Program-made: the position numbers and the translations under genes
Shown: in pieces, positions 28,247 to 38,824 of the stretch
How positions within the stretch are numbered: the first letter of the stretch is position 1
Layout of the letters: each line of letters opens with the position of its first letter
Notes under the pieces: model-generated
Told to the model about the DNA's origin: nothing
Seen by the model: only the letters and a program-made list of their open reading frames with translations
Database searches by the model: none
Assembly: GCA_964480365.1 (NCBI GenBank)
Contig: CAYZPM010000019.1
Coordinates: forward strand, 5,464-69,463
Source: an uncultured Gallionellaceae bacterium
Lineage (GTDB): Bacteria > Pseudomonadota > Gammaproteobacteria > Burkholderiales > Gallionellaceae
Reading direction: 5' to 3'
DNA length: 64,000 bases

Positions 28247-29641
28247 TCAGCCGTACAGCCTGCGCCCTCTGATGCGCGCACGATGGTTCTTGCGCTGCTC
28301 GCTTTCGGTAAGTGGACGCGTCCTGCCTTCGAAGGGGTTTTTGCCCGCCTTGAATTCGATCCTGAGCGGGGTGCCTTGCAGTTTAAAGGCTTCGCAAAAA
28401 GATCGCTCCAGATAGCGACGGTAACTGTCCGGGATTTTGTCCAGCGCGCTGCCGTGAATCACGATCAGCGGCGGGTTGCTGCCGCCTTGATGGGCATAGC
28501 GCATCTTGGGACGGAACTGCGAACGCGGCGGTTGCTGCTTTTCGACTGCGGCGATGAGTACGCGCGTGAGTTGTGGCGTGGGCATCTTGGCCATCGCGGC
28601 GGCATAGGCTTCGTCCACCGACTTCAACACGCCTATGATGCCATTGCCGTTCAGGGCAGAGATAAAATGCAGCTTGGCAAAACTGAGAAAATGCAGCTTG
28701 CGCTCGATGTCGCGCTTGACAGTAGAGCGCTGATACTCGTCCAACCCGTCCCACTTGTTCACCGCCACCACCAGTGCGCGCCCGGCTTCCAGCACGAAGT
28801 CGGCGATGTGCGCATCCTGCTCGGTGATCTGGTCGCGTCCGTCCACCACCAGCACAACCACGTTGGCGTCTTCCACCGCTTGCAGGGTTTTGATCACGGA
28901 AAACTTCTCGATGGCTTCGTCTACCTTGCCACGGCGGCGTACCCCGGCAGTGTCAATGATGGTGTACTTTTTGCCGCCGCGCTCGAAATCAATGTAGATG
29001 CTGTCACGTGTTGTGCCGGGTTGGTCGAAGGCGATTACGCGCTCTTCACCCAGAATGGCATTCACCAGCGTTGATTTGCCCACATTAGGACGACCGACAA
29101 TAGCCAGTCTAGGATGGTCGGATTTCTCTTCTTCGTCTACTGCCTGCGGCGGCAACTCTTCCAGCGCGAGTTCCACCATCTCCGTCACATTGTCGCCATG
29201 CGCCGACGAGATCGGCAGCGGCTCGCCTATGCCCAATTCGAAAAATTCATTAGTGACGGCGGTACGCTGCATACCCTCGGCCTTGTTGACCAGCAGCAGC
29301 ACCGGACGCCCGGTCTTGCGCAATTGTTCGGCGATGATTTTGTCCTGCGGCGTGCACCCCTGACGACCATCCACAAGAAACAGCACGATGTCGGCTTCGT
29401 CCACCGCCTGCCGAGTCTGCTTGGCCATCTCAAACAGGATGCCTTCCTTTGCCACCGGCTCCAAGCCGCCGGTATCCACCACCAGAAAGGGCCGTTCACC
29501 AATGCGCCCGCGCCCATAATGACGGTCGCGCGTCAGCCCAGGCTGGTCGGCAACCAGCGCATCACGGCTGCGCGTGAGGCGGTTGAACAGCGTAGATTTG
29601 CCGACGTTGGGTCGGCCAACTAGAACTAACGTGGGTAACAT
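28247..29641 (-). CDS. der: ribosome-biogenesis GTPase Der (EngA)
   Basis: Two tandem GTPase domains ([12 protein letters not shown]...DTGG...NKAE and [12 protein letters not shown]...DTAG...NKWD) plus a KH-like C-terminus. Confidence 0.95.
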   Translation of the reverse strand: MLPTLVLVGRPNVGKSTLFNRLTRSRDALVADQPGLTRDRHYGRGRIGERPFLVVDTGGLEPVAKEGILFEMAKQTRQAVDEADIVLFLVDGRQGCTPQDKIIAEQLRKTGRPVLLLVNKAEGMQRTAVTNEFFELGIGEPLPISSAHGDNVTEMVELALEELPPQAVDEEEKSDHPRLAIVGRPNVGKSTLVNAILGEERVIAFDQPGTTRDSIYIDFERGGKKYTIIDTAGVRRRGKVDEAIEKFSVIKTLQAVEDANVVVLVVDGRDQITEQDAHIADFVLEAGRALVVAVNKWDGLDEYQRSTVKRDIERKLHFLSFAKLHFISALNGNGIIGVLKSVDEAYAAAMAKMPTPQLTRVLIAAVEKQQPPRSQFRPKMRYAHQGGSNPPLIVIHGSALDKIPDSYRRYLERSFCEAFKLQGTPLRIEFKAGKNPFEGRTRPLTESEQRKNHRARIRGRRLYG

Positions 29642-29659
29642 TTCAGGCTTTCATTAATG

Positions 29660-29835
29660 TTGGGGCACATCCAAAATGCCCCCTCCCCCTTAAAGGGGGA
29701 GGGCTGGGGATAACCAGCGACTTGCCCGCTTGCGGGCTTAGTCGAATGGCTAGTCGTTTTATCAGGGGGTAGAAACGCAGATTTTCTGCCATGCTAACCC
29801 CCATCCTAACCTTCCCCCTTAAAGGGGAAGAGACA
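29660..29835. repeat. composite repeat block filling the der-bamB spacer
   Basis: Contains hairpin GGGGCA...TGCCCC and the palindrome CCCTCCCCCTT-A-AAGGGGGAGGG (29681-29703). Also a dispersed-repeat copy GATAACCAGCGACTTGCCCGCTTGCGGGCTTAGTCGAATGGCTAGTCGTTTTATCAG (29707-29770) and the imperfect palindrome CTTCCCCCTTAAAGGGGAAG (29811-29830). Confidence 0.85.
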
Positions 29836-29848
29836 GTTTTATTCTAAT

Positions 29849-31000
29849 TTAGTGGACGCCCACCGAGTACAAACCGCCAGTGCTTGTTTGCACCAGCAAG
29901 CCATCATCCAGTTCTATCGGTGCTGTCACGATGCTGCCGCCATCGGTCTTGAGACGCGCCGCAAAGCTGCCGTCATCGCGACTCAGGAGATGAACATAGC
30001 CTTCGTAATCGCCCACAGCCACATAGCTGCCCAATACAAAAGGCGTCGAAGTGCGGCGCAAGGCCAATTTGTCATTCTTCCACAGCGAACTGCCGCTGGT
30101 CTTATCCAGTGCGGACACCGCACCAGTGGCGTCGGTCACATAGAGATATTTGTGCGACATGGACATACCCATGTCGCTGGACAGTTCGCGGCTCCATAGC
30201 GGGTTGCCCTGAGATATATCAAAGCAAGCCACACTGCCTTGAAAGGCCACTGCACAAACCTGCTCGTCGTCTACCACGGGCAAACTGGTGATGTCGCTGA
30301 TACGTTCCAGTTCGGTATTGCCGCGTGGCTGCGAGACCGCCGTTTCCCACATGACGATGCCATTACTCAGGTTGATTAGCGCCAGCCTGCCGCCAGCAAA
30401 ACCGGCAAACACGACACCGCGCGCGATGCTCACACCGGCATGGCTGCGCACAATCAGCGCCGGGGTGGCGCGTTCATACAACCACTGGCGCGTGCCATCT
30501 GTCGAACTCAATCCGGCAATGCGGCCATCGCCGGTACGCACCACGACGATGCCGTTAGACGCCTGCGGCGCGCTCAATATCTCGCTGGACACCTTGACCT
30601 TCCAGCGTAACTTCCCATCTTGTCCAAAGGCCGCCAAATCACCTTTATCCCCACCGACCAGCACCAAATTATCGCCCGCCCCCACCCCGCCGGAAATGGC
30701 AAAACCGCTCTCGGCGCGCCACACCTGTTTGCCCGTCGCCCGCTCCAATCGAAATACTTCGCCTTTGGCATTCGCGGCATACACCGCGTCGCTCGTCACT
30801 GCTGGTTGCAGCACATTGCCACCGGCGTCACCCAAGTCGTAATGCCAGCGCACCTCCATCGTGGCGGTTGGCTTAAACTCAACTACCTTGTTCGGCTCTT
30901 TGGGTTTGACAGAGCTTCCAAACCAACTGGAGCAGCCCGCAAGCAATACGACTGACAGCAACGCGGCTAACCGTAATGCATTGGGGCGAACGAATTTCAT
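29849..31000 (-). CDS. bamB: outer membrane protein assembly factor BamB
   Basis: Lipoprotein signal LLAGCSS. Repeated PQQ-like beta-propeller blades. Sits between yfgM and der as in E. coli. Confidence 0.9.
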   Translation of the reverse strand: MKFVRPNALRLAALLSVVLLAGCSSWFGSSVKPKEPNKVVEFKPTATMEVRWHYDLGDAGGNVLQPAVTSDAVYAANAKGEVFRLERATGKQVWRAESGFAISGGVGAGDNLVLVGGDKGDLAAFGQDGKLRWKVKVSSEILSAPQASNGIVVVRTGDGRIAGLSSTDGTRQWLYERATPALIVRSHAGVSIARGVVFAGFAGGRLALINLSNGIVMWETAVSQPRGNTELERISDITSLPVVDDEQVCAVAFQGSVACFDISQGNPLWSRELSSDMGMSMSHKYLYVTDATGAVSALDKTSGSSLWKNDKLALRRTSTPFVLGSYVAVGDYEGYVHLLSRDDGSFAARLKTDGGSIVTAPIELDDGLLVQTSTGGLYSVGVH

Positions 31001-31635
31001 TTCGAGCCTCCGAGCGCATCCAGCTTCATCTGAATCAGGTTGCGGTATGGACTCTTTGCATCGGTTCTTTCGAATGCCTGCTGGTAAGCGGTGCGCGCTT
31101 CTTCGGTCTTGCCCTGCGCGTTCAGCACATCGCCCTTGAGGTCTGCGTACAAACCATTGAAAGAGTCGGGATGAGTTGCGTCAAGCAAGGCCAGCGCTTC
31201 GACATAATTCTTCTCGTCCAACAACAAACTAGCCAGTTTGAGGCGCGCCACATCCTTCAACGCGGCCTCACCGGCATGGTCGATCACCCACTGCAACTGC
31301 GTCTTGGCGTGCGCAACATCCTTGATCTGAATATTGGCCTGCGCCGCCAGCAGCGCGGCGCGCGGCGCATAAGCGCTGGAACCATATTGGTCGATCACTG
31401 CTTGTGCCGCATCGTTGATGCGCTTGGGATCGTTGCTGCTGACCTGCTTGTTCAGCTCGGCAAACAGGGTCGCGGCCTCGTTCGCCTGTTTGTCCTTGTA
31501 AGAGTGCCAGCCCTTTATCGCGACGAAAACGCCCAACACCAATACTAGAGCCAGAATCACGCCCTTACCATTGTCCTTCCACCAGTGCTTGAAAGCATCT
31601 ACCTGTTCCTGTTCCTGCAAATCCAGTGTCGCCAT
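30997..31635 (-). CDS. yfgM: YfgM-family TPR-like membrane protein (ancillary SecYEG subunit)
   Basis: N-terminus EQVDAFKHWWKDNGKGVILALVLVLGVFV (single TM) and a TPR-like periplasmic part. 4-nt overlap with bamB and conserved position after hisS. Confidence 0.8.
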   Translation of the reverse strand: MATLDLQEQEQVDAFKHWWKDNGKGVILALVLVLGVFVAIKGWHSYKDKQANEAATLFAELNKQVSSNDPKRINDAAQAVIDQYGSSAYAPRAALLAAQANIQIKDVAHAKTQLQWVIDHAGEAALKDVARLKLASLLLDEKNYVEALALLDATHPDSFNGLYADLKGDVLNAQGKTEEARTAYQQAFERTDAKSPYRNLIQMKLDALGGSK

Positions 31636-31644
31636 TTTCTATTC

Positions 31645-32919
31645 CTAACCAAGTTTAACCAAATCACCAATTTTTCCCGGCAACTCGCCGGGTTCTACCT
31701 GCACCTGCTCGCCGCCGCGTAGCGGCTTGAGCGTAACCAATCCCGCGCACGCTTCATCGTCACCGATAATGACCGCACACACCGCATTGCTGCCATCCGC
31801 CTTCTTCATCTGCGACTTGAAGCCGCCGCCGCCGCAATGCAGCAGCACGCGCAGCCCCGCATCACGCAACTGTTCCGCCACCACACTCGCCATGCCACTC
31901 GCTAACTCGCCTTGATGCACTACATATACATCCAACGGCGCAGGCGGATTCTCCATGCCATCTTCCTGCAATAATGCCAGCAGTCGTTCGATGCCCATGG
32001 CGAAACCGCAGGCGGGCTGCGGCTTGCCGCCGATCTGTTCGATCAGGCCGTCGAAACGCCCCCCTGCGCAAATGGTTCCCTGTGCGCCGAGGCGCGTGGT
32101 GACCCACTCGAACACGGTGCGGTTGTAGTAATCCAGCCCGCGCACCAAACGCGTGTTGATCTCAAAAACGACCTCATGCCGCCTCAAAATCTCCTGCACC
32201 GCCGCGAAATGTTGAAGCGCCTCATCATCCAGTTCATCCATCAGCTTGGGCGCACCCGCGATAATTTCCTGCATCGCCGGGTTCTTGCTGTCCAGAATAC
32301 GTAGCGGGTTGCTGTGCAAACGCCGCGTCGCATCGGCATCCAGATCGCTGCCAAATTGCTCTAAATACACAATCAGCTTTTCACGATGCCTCTGCCGCGC
32401 CGCCGTATCGCCCAGCGTGTTAATCTGCAACGTTACGTCGCGGATGCCCAGCTTGCGCCACAGCCGCGCGCACATCAAAATCATCTCGGCATCGATATCC
32501 GGCCCGGCGAAACCCATAGCCTCCACACCGATCTGGTGAAACTGGCGGTAACGCCCCTTTTGCGGACGCTCGTGGCGGAACATCGCACCGCTGTAGTACA
32601 AACGCTGCGGCGCATTGTACAGCAGGTTGTGCTGCAGCACCGCACGCACGCAGGACGCCGTACCCTCGGGACGCAAGGTGAGCTGGTCGCCGTTCAGCGC
32701 ATCCGCAAAGCTGTACATCTCCTTCTCGACAATGTCGGTCACCTCGCCGATGGCGCGCTTGAACAGTGCGGTCGGCTCCAGCAGCGGCATGCGGATGTTG
32801 CGGTAGCCGTAAGATTCCAGCCACTCACGCACCACGTCTTCGAACCACAGCCAAAGCCCCGCCTCGTCCGGCAGGATGTCGTTCATACCTTTTACGGCTT
32901 GCAATGGAGAATTGCTCAT
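31645..32919 (-). CDS. hisS: histidine--tRNA ligase
   Basis: Class II motifs ([30 protein letters not shown]) and a C-terminal anticodon-binding domain. Confidence 0.95.
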   Translation of the reverse strand: MSNSPLQAVKGMNDILPDEAGLWLWFEDVVREWLESYGYRNIRMPLLEPTALFKRAIGEVTDIVEKEMYSFADALNGDQLTLRPEGTASCVRAVLQHNLLYNAPQRLYYSGAMFRHERPQKGRYRQFHQIGVEAMGFAGPDIDAEMILMCARLWRKLGIRDVTLQINTLGDTAARQRHREKLIVYLEQFGSDLDADATRRLHSNPLRILDSKNPAMQEIIAGAPKLMDELDDEALQHFAAVQEILRRHEVVFEINTRLVRGLDYYNRTVFEWVTTRLGAQGTICAGGRFDGLIEQIGGKPQPACGFAMGIERLLALLQEDGMENPPAPLDVYVVHQGELASGMASVVAEQLRDAGLRVLLHCGGGGFKSQMKKADGSNAVCAVIIGDDEACAGLVTLKPLRGGEQVQVEPGELPGKIGDLVKLG

Positions 32920-33587
32920 TATGATACCGAAAATTGTCGTTGGAAACGGTTACGGCAAATCGCCATCTTACCGTTATCCCAACCCATAATTTATCAAGGG
33001 CGCGATGGTATCAGGAAAGCCGTTATTCAAAAACCCTCCCTTGCGAAGAATACGGGTAAACATGACCCGTCTATTCATTCTTCAGCGTCGTGTTTAAGCA
33101 ATCCAGCACTTGCCGGATGATGTAATCGAGCGCTTGGCTCTGCGTGTCGTGAAGTCCAGCGTTTTGGTTGGCTTGGCGTAGACGCAGCCGCGTGGTGCGC
33201 GCGAGTTCCAGCAAGTTGGATGCGCCAGTTTTCTGAATGAAATTGAGTGCGATGAATTGCCATCGTCCGATAGTTCCGATAGCTGATATCCAAACGTTAT
33301 GCAATTTCCATGCAGGTATGCCCCACTATTACAGCACCATGACTTCCCGCTCGCGTTTACCAATTAAAATGAGGGATCGCTTAATGATCAGCAATATACG
33401 TATTTCTACGTATGTATTACTACGAATTGTTTTGGTCTCAATTTTTCTTTAATGTTCGCTTACAGCAATTAGTGTCTCCTCATACTTATTGGGGCATGTC
33501 AGCAAGTGAGATATTTAATTGTTGATTCTAGTGTGGTTAAGAATTATTAATTTTTTGTAATTTTAATTTACAACAGGAGAAATTATT

Positions 33588-34118
33588 ATGAACAACAAAT
33601 TACTATCCCTTGCGCTCGGGCTGGGTGCAGTATGCGCATTTTCGGGGCAGGCCAATGCCAGCGTTGACGCTTTAGGGGCGTTAGGAAATACTTCCTCAAT
33701 GGGTTTTAGTTTTACCGACGCCAAAGGCGCTGTCAATGATTTTGTCACTTTCTCTCTTATTAGTACAGATGGAACCGCGACCGTAAATGCGAGCTACACT
33801 CCTAGCAAAGGCGTTGTCCTTTCGGGAATGAATCTCTATCAAGGGACTGATTTGACTAATCTGGCTAGTGACACGTTGTGGGCGACGGGTACAGCATATG
33901 GCTCCTTCAGCTATCAAATAGGTAGTATGACAAGCCAGATTTATCTTCCCACTGGCAACTATTTTCTGGATATCACTGGGACAGCGAAATCGAAAAACAG
34001 CGTATACAATGGAAATCTGACTATTAGTCCAGTTCCTGAGCCAACTGAAGGCGTACTTCTGCTGTCCGGCATTGGCCTGTTAGGCTTCATTGCCGCTCGC
34101 CGCCGGACGTATTCGTAG
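33588..34118 (+). CDS. PEP-CTERM sorting-domain protein
   Basis: Signal peptide MNNKLLSLALGLGAVCAFSGQANA. C-terminus is VPEPTEGVLLLSGIGLLGFIAARRR (PEP motif, TM helix, basic tail). RBS is CAGGAGAAATTATT-ATG. Confidence 0.8.
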   Translation: MNNKLLSLALGLGAVCAFSGQANASVDALGALGNTSSMGFSFTDAKGAVNDFVTFSLISTDGTATVNASYTPSKGVVLSGMNLYQGTDLTNLASDTLWATGTAYGSFSYQIGSMTSQIYLPTGNYFLDITGTAKSKNSVYNGNLTISPVPEPTEGVLLLSGIGLLGFIAARRRTYS

Positions 34119-34194
34119 TTCAGTTTTCTTGGTGCTATCGCGCGTCAGCGCAAGGCCAAGCAGTTGTAACTTTCTTACCCTTTGGGCAAGGCGG

Positions 34195-34222
34195 GGGTCG
34201 GCTAGTCCGGCCCTTTCTTTTG
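34195..34222 (+). terminator. rho-independent terminator of the PEP-CTERM gene
   Basis: GGGTCGG-ctagt-CCGGCCC stem (7 bp, one G-U pair) followed by TTTCTTTTG. Confidence 0.65.
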
Positions 34223-34422
34223 TGCGCCAGGAAGGTGCGTTGTACGCAAGCAAAACTTGACTGTATGTAGCGGTCAATCGGGTGACTTGGCGGTGAAAGC
34301 CCTCTTCATATCCGGCAAGATGAAATGTTAACATGTCAGTCCGCAGGAGAAATCTAACAACAATGTTCACCGGCAAATACAATTGCCACCGGCAAAGCAA
34401 GTCCAAGAAAGAGAGGATAGTC

Positions 34423-34545
34423 ATGCAATCGGTTGATCCAATCCACCTTGAAAAATTCAAAACATCGGGACGATTACCTTCGTCAAAAGGCTTACGCGAC
34501 ATCGTTGATCATGCGCCGCTTGAGATGCGAGCGGACGGATTGTAG
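34423..34545 (+). pseudogene. duplicated 5' fragment (RBS plus about 25 codons) of the downstream HDOD-GGDEF gene
   Basis: GAGAGGATAGTC-ATGCAATCGGTTGATCCAATCCACC... parallels GGAGTGGAAGTC-ATGCAATTGGTTGATCCAATACGC... at 34611. Encodes MQSVDPIHLEKFKTSGRLPSSKGL, then diverges and stops after 40 codons. Confidence 0.55.
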
Positions 34546-34610
34546 TGGACGCTGAAGCGCACCTTGTCGAAGTGTTGCCACTGAGGTGCGTTTCGGAAGG
34601 AGTGGAAGTC

Positions 34611-36506
34611 ATGCAATTGGTTGATCCAATACGCTATGTAAAACTCAAAGCATCGGGACGGCTGCCATCGCCTAAGGGTTTGGCATTGGCTATCGTCAGG
34701 CTACTGCAACGTGATGACTACAAGATTGACGATCTGGTTCGTTTGGTTCAGTCTGACCCGGCAATTGCGGGGGAGCTGCTGAAATTTTCCAATGCGGCCT
34801 CCTTCGGCCATAGCCGTCCCATCGCTTCACTCTCGGAGGCCGTCACAATACTCGGCGCACGCCGGGTACGCGTACTCGTTCTTGCCTTTTCAGTGCTGCA
34901 TGATCATCGTAGTGGCCATTGTTCTCAATTCAACTATGAGCGATTCTGGTCACGCTCCCTGGCAACCGCCATTTCAGCGCAGGCACTGGCTTCTTATGCC
35001 AAGATTTATGCAGAAGAAAACTTTACTGCCGGACTGTTATGCAGTCTTGGAGAGCTGGCTCTAGCCTCCATTTTTCCTGATCGCTATGGTGAAATTATTT
35101 CCGCACCCGATGAGGGTATCCAAAAACGGATCGCATTAGAGCGAGAGGCCTTTGGCAACGATCACCGTGAACTGAACGCTACATTGTTGCTGGAATGGGG
35201 GTTGCCTGAAGTGCTGGTAACAGCGATTTATTATTGCGAAGCCCCGGACGAGGCAGGTTTCCAGGATGGATCACGGGTTCATGGACTGACATTATCCCTG
35301 CACGTCGCACTCGCTATGGCAGAAATCTGCGTGGCTGATGATAGCGCACGCTGGGCGATGTTGCCGAATCTCTATGCTAAAGCCGCCAGATTGGGAATCA
35401 GCACGGAGGAAATGAACTCGATGGCGGACAGCATCATCAAAAGTTGGCAAGAATGGGGTGAACTGCTAAAAATCCAAACCCGTGAAATTACCTCATTTGC
35501 GGAGTTGCTCGCGACGTCTCAGCCAAGAGAACAGGCATCTATGTCACCGGTATGCGCGTGGCCAAATAACAAGTCGGTACTGTTGATCTGCTCGAAACCA
35601 CCGGAGTCTTCTGTAATTACCTGCCATATGGAAACGAATGGCATTGCCGTGAAATCCGTATCCAATTCCACGGATGGTTTGGTCGCGGCTCTTGAAGACA
35701 AACCGGATTTGATCCTGGTTGAAATGTTCGCCCCTGAAATTGACGGACCGGCATTCTGCAAAGCGTTGCGAGGCAATTCTCTTGGGCAATCCGCCTACAT
35801 TATTTTCATTGTCAATCACGAAGATGACGGCCTTCTTGAGCAAATTCTGGATATGGGCGCTGATGACATCCTGCTGAGACCAATCACGGCTTTTTCGCTG
35901 CAAGCAAAATTACACGGAGCCTTCAAGATTATTCAACTGCAAAATGAACTCATCAAGGAACGCAATGGCTTGGTGAATTCCGCTGGCGAGTGGGCAGGGG
36001 CCAACCGCCGACTGACTCATGTGGCAATGACCGATCCGCTGACACAGATGTCCAATAGACGGCATGGGATGGATGTCTTTTCTGCCGAGTGGGCCTTTGC
36101 CAAGGCAAACAATCTGCCGTTGGCCTGTCTAATGATTGATATCGACCATTTCAAAAGTATCAATGACCATTATGGACACAAGTCCGGCGACGCAGTGCTG
36201 GTAATTCTTGCCAACTTATTGCAAGCCAGTGCACGCAGCGAGGACTTGGTTTTTCGCTATGGGGGAGAGGAATTCTGTGATATTTGTCCGGGAGTTACTC
36301 TGGAAACGGCGCACGACATAGCCGAACGGATACGTCAAAATGTGGAAGGTCAACCTTTTCGGCTTGGGGATATGAATATTGCGGTCACCGTTAGCGTCGG
36401 AGTGGCAATCATGATGCCGACACACGCCAATGAAGAAGCATTGATACATGATGCTGATACTGCCCTGTATCGCGCTAAGGAAGCTGGCCGCAACCGAGTA
36501 TGCTAA
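34611..36506 (+). CDS. HDOD - degenerate receiver - GGDEF diguanylate cyclase
   Basis: HDOD signature LPSPKGLALAIVRLL...LVQSDPAIAGELLKFSNAASFG...AVTILG. REC-like segment has LLICSK and DLILVEMFAPEIDG (both acidic sites altered). GGDEF has an I-site (RSEDLVFRYGGEEF). ATG 34611 follows GGAAGGAG. Confidence 0.85.
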   Translation: MQLVDPIRYVKLKASGRLPSPKGLALAIVRLLQRDDYKIDDLVRLVQSDPAIAGELLKFSNAASFGHSRPIASLSEAVTILGARRVRVLVLAFSVLHDHRSGHCSQFNYERFWSRSLATAISAQALASYAKIYAEENFTAGLLCSLGELALASIFPDRYGEIISAPDEGIQKRIALEREAFGNDHRELNATLLLEWGLPEVLVTAIYYCEAPDEAGFQDGSRVHGLTLSLHVALAMAEICVADDSARWAMLPNLYAKAARLGISTEEMNSMADSIIKSWQEWGELLKIQTREITSFAELLATSQPREQASMSPVCAWPNNKSVLLICSKPPESSVITCHMETNGIAVKSVSNSTDGLVAALEDKPDLILVEMFAPEIDGPAFCKALRGNSLGQSAYIIFIVNHEDDGLLEQILDMGADDILLRPITAFSLQAKLHGAFKIIQLQNELIKERNGLVNSAGEWAGANRRLTHVAMTDPLTQMSNRRHGMDVFSAEWAFAKANNLPLACLMIDIDHFKSINDHYGHKSGDAVLVILANLLQASARSEDLVFRYGGEEFCDICPGVTLETAHDIAERIRQNVEGQPFRLGDMNIAVTVSVGVAIMMPTHANEEALIHDADTALYRAKEAGRNRVC

Positions 36507-36596
36507 TTTAGATCGGAATTCAGGAAAGTTATAAGAGGCGCCTCGCTGCAGGGTGTTAATGAGCAAAGCGAATTGCACCGGATATTTTGGTACGAT

Positions 36597-37859
36597 TCAC
36601 TTCATTGATCGCACCTTCGAATCTTCGCTCTCCTCCATAGGAGGATATTTCCTCGCCACATACTCATCCACAATTTTTTGAAATTCCTGCGCGATGTTGT
36701 CGCCGCGCAAAGTAGTTACTTTCTCGCCGTCCACATACACGGGGGCTGCTGGGTTCTCGCCGGTACCGGGCAGGCTGATGCCGACATTGGCCAGCTTGCT
36801 TTCACCGGGGCCGTTGACGATACAGCCCATCACCGCCACTTTCATTTCTTCCACGCCGATATATTGCTTGCGCCACAGCGGCATCTGCGCTCGGAGATAA
36901 ATCTGAATGTTCTGTGCCAACTCCTGAAACACGGTGCTGGTGGTGCGTCCACAGCCGGGGCAGGCAGTGACCATGGGCGCAAAGGAACTCAGTCCCATGG
37001 TTTGCAAAATCTCCTGCGCCACCACAACTTCCTGTGTACGGTCACCGCCCGGTTCGGGGGTCAAGGAAACACGAATCGTGTCGCCAATACCTTCCTGTAA
37101 CAGCACGGCAAGAGCGGCGGTCGAGGCGACGATGCCTTTGGAACCCATGCCCGCTTCGGTCAAACCGAGGTGCAGCGGGTAATCACAACGCTGCGCCAGT
37201 TCGCGATAGACCGAGATCAAGTCCTGTACGTCACTCACCTTGCAGGAGAGCACGATGCAGTCATGCGGCAAGCCTAATTCCTCGGCGCGTTTTGCGCTGT
37301 CTAAAGCAGAGACGATCAGCGCCTCGCACGTTACTTCAGCCACGTCTTTCGGCTGCGCCAGCTTGGCGTTCTCGTCCATCATGCGCACGACCAGTTCCTG
37401 ATCCAGGCTGCCCCAGTTCACTCCGATACGCACGGGTTTGTCGTATTGTTTGGCGACGGCGATCATCATGGCGAATTGGTCATCGCCTTTGCGGTTCTTG
37501 CCGACGTTGCCGGGATTGATGCGGTATTTCGCCAGCGTTTGCGCGCACTCGGGAAACTCGGTGAGCAGTCGGTGCCCGTTATAATGGAAGTCGCCGATCA
37601 ACGGAACATTGCAACCCATGCCATCAAGTATCTCGCGGATGCGCGGCACCTGCGCGGCGGCCTCGGCAGTATTCACCGTGATGCGCACCAGCTCGGAACC
37701 TGCCTGTGCCAACTCGCACACCTGCTGCGCTGTGGACTGTGCCTGAGCAGTATCAGTGTTGGTCATGGACTGCACCACGACTGGCGCGTGGCCACCGATA
37801 CTGACGCCGCCAACCATGACGCGCTGTGTGGCACGGCGCTGAATCGGATGCTGACTCAC
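36597..37859 (-). CDS. ispG: 4-hydroxy-3-methylbut-2-enyl-diphosphate synthase (flavodoxin)
   Basis: IspG N-terminus [28 protein letters not shown]. Fe-S Cys ligands are ACPGCGRT and GCIVNGPGE. Confidence 0.95.
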   Translation of the reverse strand: MSQHPIQRRATQRVMVGGVSIGGHAPVVVQSMTNTDTAQAQSTAQQVCELAQAGSELVRITVNTAEAAAQVPRIREILDGMGCNVPLIGDFHYNGHRLLTEFPECAQTLAKYRINPGNVGKNRKGDDQFAMMIAVAKQYDKPVRIGVNWGSLDQELVVRMMDENAKLAQPKDVAEVTCEALIVSALDSAKRAEELGLPHDCIVLSCKVSDVQDLISVYRELAQRCDYPLHLGLTEAGMGSKGIVASTAALAVLLQEGIGDTIRVSLTPEPGGDRTQEVVVAQEILQTMGLSSFAPMVTACPGCGRTTSTVFQELAQNIQIYLRAQMPLWRKQYIGVEEMKVAVMGCIVNGPGESKLANVGISLPGTGENPAAPVYVDGEKVTTLRGDNIAQEFQKIVDEYVARKYPPMEESEDSKVRSMK

Positions 37860-37861
37860 TG

Positions 37862-38824
37862 TTACTCCAGCGTCAGGCGCGCAACATTGGTTTTAGTGTG
37901 CGGCGCCAGATCAATGGCCTGCCCTTTGTAATACAGATGTACGAACTTTGAGTTGCCGATCACCAGAGAAAACGGCGGACTGCCATTAATGCCCTGTTCA
38001 TTGCCTGGGTGATTAAGTTGCGACAGCAGGAGTTTGCCGTTCTTGTCCGTTATCTCCACCCATGAATCAGCGTCAAACGTCAAGCGGATTACGGGTTGTT
38101 CGGAAGCGTTGTTTGCGGCGGTCGGCTTAACAACCGGATTGGAAAGCGGCACCGTAGACGGCTGAACGGGGGGTACTACAACTTGCGGCGCAACCTTGAC
38201 TTCCGCATTTTCCTTCATCCTGGATTCCGTATCCGGATTTCTGTTCTCCACACTGGGTGTCAGCGTTGCCGGTTCGGTATCGGGCACCGCCGAAACCGGC
38301 AACACATCAGGCAGCGCCAGCGTTTCCACTGTAGCATTTTGCGCACCTGATACAGTTGCCCCCGGTGCTTTCTGCTCTTTCGACTTGTCACCCAGCATCC
38401 AGGCGGACAGCCCCAATATGACCGCTACAGCAAGCGCCGCCGCCAGCCAGATGATGTTGTGCTTGCGTTCCGTATAAATATTTGGATAAGGCACTTCCGT
38501 CAACGCTTTTGCTTCCAGCGGCACGGATTGTTCAGGCGCGTGCGGCAATGCAGCCAGTAATGACACCGTATCGAGTTGCAACAAGCGAGCATAACTGCGC
38601 ACGAAACCGCGCAAAAACGTAGCTTCCGGCAAATGCGCAAAATCGTCCGCTTCCAGCGCCTCAATCTGGCGCGGTGCAAATTTGATGCGATTGGATACCT
38701 CGTCCACGCTCAAACCGTGACGGACGCGCGCTTCCCGTAGCGCCGTGCCAACACTGAACGGCGCGGCTTCGATGTTGCCTATTGCATCATCCGGAGCGGC
38801 GTTGTCTGGCTGGTTATCTGTCAT
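37862..38824 (-). CDS. rodZ: RodZ-like cytoskeleton protein (HTH - TM - periplasmic domain)
   Basis: HTH is [40 protein letters not shown] is [21 protein letters not shown]. Has a Pro/Val-rich linker. Lies between pilW and ispG. Confidence 0.8.
   Translation of the reverse strand: MTDNQPDNAAPDDAIGNIEAAPFSVGTALREARVRHGLSVDEVSNRIKFAPRQIEALEADDFAHLPEATFLRGFVRSYARLLQLDTVSLLAALPHAPEQSVPLEAKALTEVPYPNIYTERKHNIIWLAAALAVAVILGLSAWMLGDKSKEQKAPGATVSGAQNATVETLALPDVLPVSAVPDTEPATLTPSVENRNPDTESRMKENAEVKVAPQVVVPPVQPSTVPLSNPVVKPTAANNASEQPVIRLTFDADSWVEITDKNGKLLLSQLNHPGNEQGINGSPPFSLVIGNSKFVHLYYKGQAIDLAPHTKTNVARLTLE

Noticed and set aside
33071-33304. 77-aa ORF (and the overlapping 89-aa ORF 33094..33363) upstream of hisS
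   Set aside because: It has a TTG start without a Shine-Dalgarno, no family recognised, and two mutually exclusive frames are open. It could be a decayed gene fragment at the edge of the insertion, but I cannot support a call.
34080-34502. 140-aa minus-strand ORF between the PEP-CTERM gene and the HDOD gene
   Set aside because: It overlaps the PEP-CTERM gene end, its terminator and the duplicated HDOD start fragment on the other strand. Composition and lack of an RBS argue against it.
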